From the IMG/VR virus record IMGVR_UViG_3300021957_000021: DNA of 64,000 bases. One strand, 5' to 3'. This document shows, in pieces, positions 63,739 to 64,000 of the stretch (the stretch's first letter is position 1; each line of letters opens with the position of its first letter). The position numbers and the translations under genes are program-made. The stretch comes from an uncultured virus (IMG/VR IMGVR_UViG_3300021957_000021). Its lineage: Duplodnaviria > Heunggongvirae > Uroviricota > Caudoviricetes. Under the pieces are notes generated by a model. It was not told the DNA's origin. It worked only from the letters and a program-made list of their open reading frames with translations, and did no database searches.

Positions 63739-64000
63739 ATGAAAGCTCCTTTTAAATATAAAACAACTTTTTCGCAAAGCTCGCTAGCTTCGCTTGAAAT
63801 TGAGTCTGAAGAAGGTATCTCAACTGCTTCGTTAAAACCTCTTTTACCACTCATCCCTGAGAATGTAAATCTTGAAAGAAATTTAGACTTGCTGGGTGTA
63901 GCTTTTAATGCTGCGGTTGCAAACAAATTTAATAACAATGGCGATGGAATTGAAACAGCGACCGCTGTAGCTATTAAAGATTATTTTATACATAAACCTG
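63739..64000 (+). CDS. Probable prohead protease/scaffold, N-terminal part (truncated by window end)
   Basis: Open frame MKAPFKYKTTF...NKFNNNGDGI...FIHKP after portal; GTGTAA 14 nt upstream. Confidence 0.55.
   Translation, partial: MKAPFKYKTTFSQSSLASLEIESEEGISTASLKPLLPLIPENVNLERNLDLLGVAFNAAVANKFNNNGDGIETATAVAIKDYFIHKP

Noticed and set aside
3379..63938. Antisense and alternate-frame ORFs nested in long genes (e.g. 4386, 16686, 34748, 35539, 55119, 62307, 63693)
   Set aside because: Overlap recognisable genes and carry no motifs
1..64000. tRNA/rRNA genes and stop-codon recoding
   Set aside because: No cloverleaf seen by eye; long conserved genes are intact in the standard code and TAG/TGA act as stops

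Overview
AT-rich 64 kb segment of a large tailed dsDNA phage, probably marine and probably infecting a PVC-group host (Verrucomicrobia/Planctomycetes). The host call is an inference from a DUF1549/DUF1553 + DUF1501 gene pair and SHD1-like domains. Layout: 1-6.1 kb nucleotide-sugar genes (cytidylyltransferase, NTP-transferase, HAD/kinase, aldolase, gmd, fcl); 6.5-10.2 kb the PVC-type exported pair; 10-38 kb early/middle genes (dNMP kinase, two AdoMetDC-like genes flanking an aminoacyl-tRNA-protein transferase, RuvB-like, frameshifted UvsE, GIY-YIG, macrodomain, ThyX, rIIA/rIIB, many tiny ORFs); 38.5-41.3 kb mostly non-coding with two structured-RNA candidates (one manA-like) and a 10-bp-periodic GTGG array; 41.2-51.9 kb early cassettes punctuated by a co-oriented ~26-bp DNA repeat; 52-64 kb late/packaging genes (PhoH, ECF-like sigma, ERCC4 nuclease, TerL, portal, probable head protease). 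The clearest hidden structure is a two-tier, largely leaderless transcription programme. More than 25 sigma70-type TTGACA promoters sit 35-37 nt before an ATG, and a GTGTA(A) element sits usually exactly 14 nt before start codons of late-type genes, plausibly read by the phage's Cys-rich sigma factor. All protein and RNA family calls come from motif recognition by eye; no database search was run.
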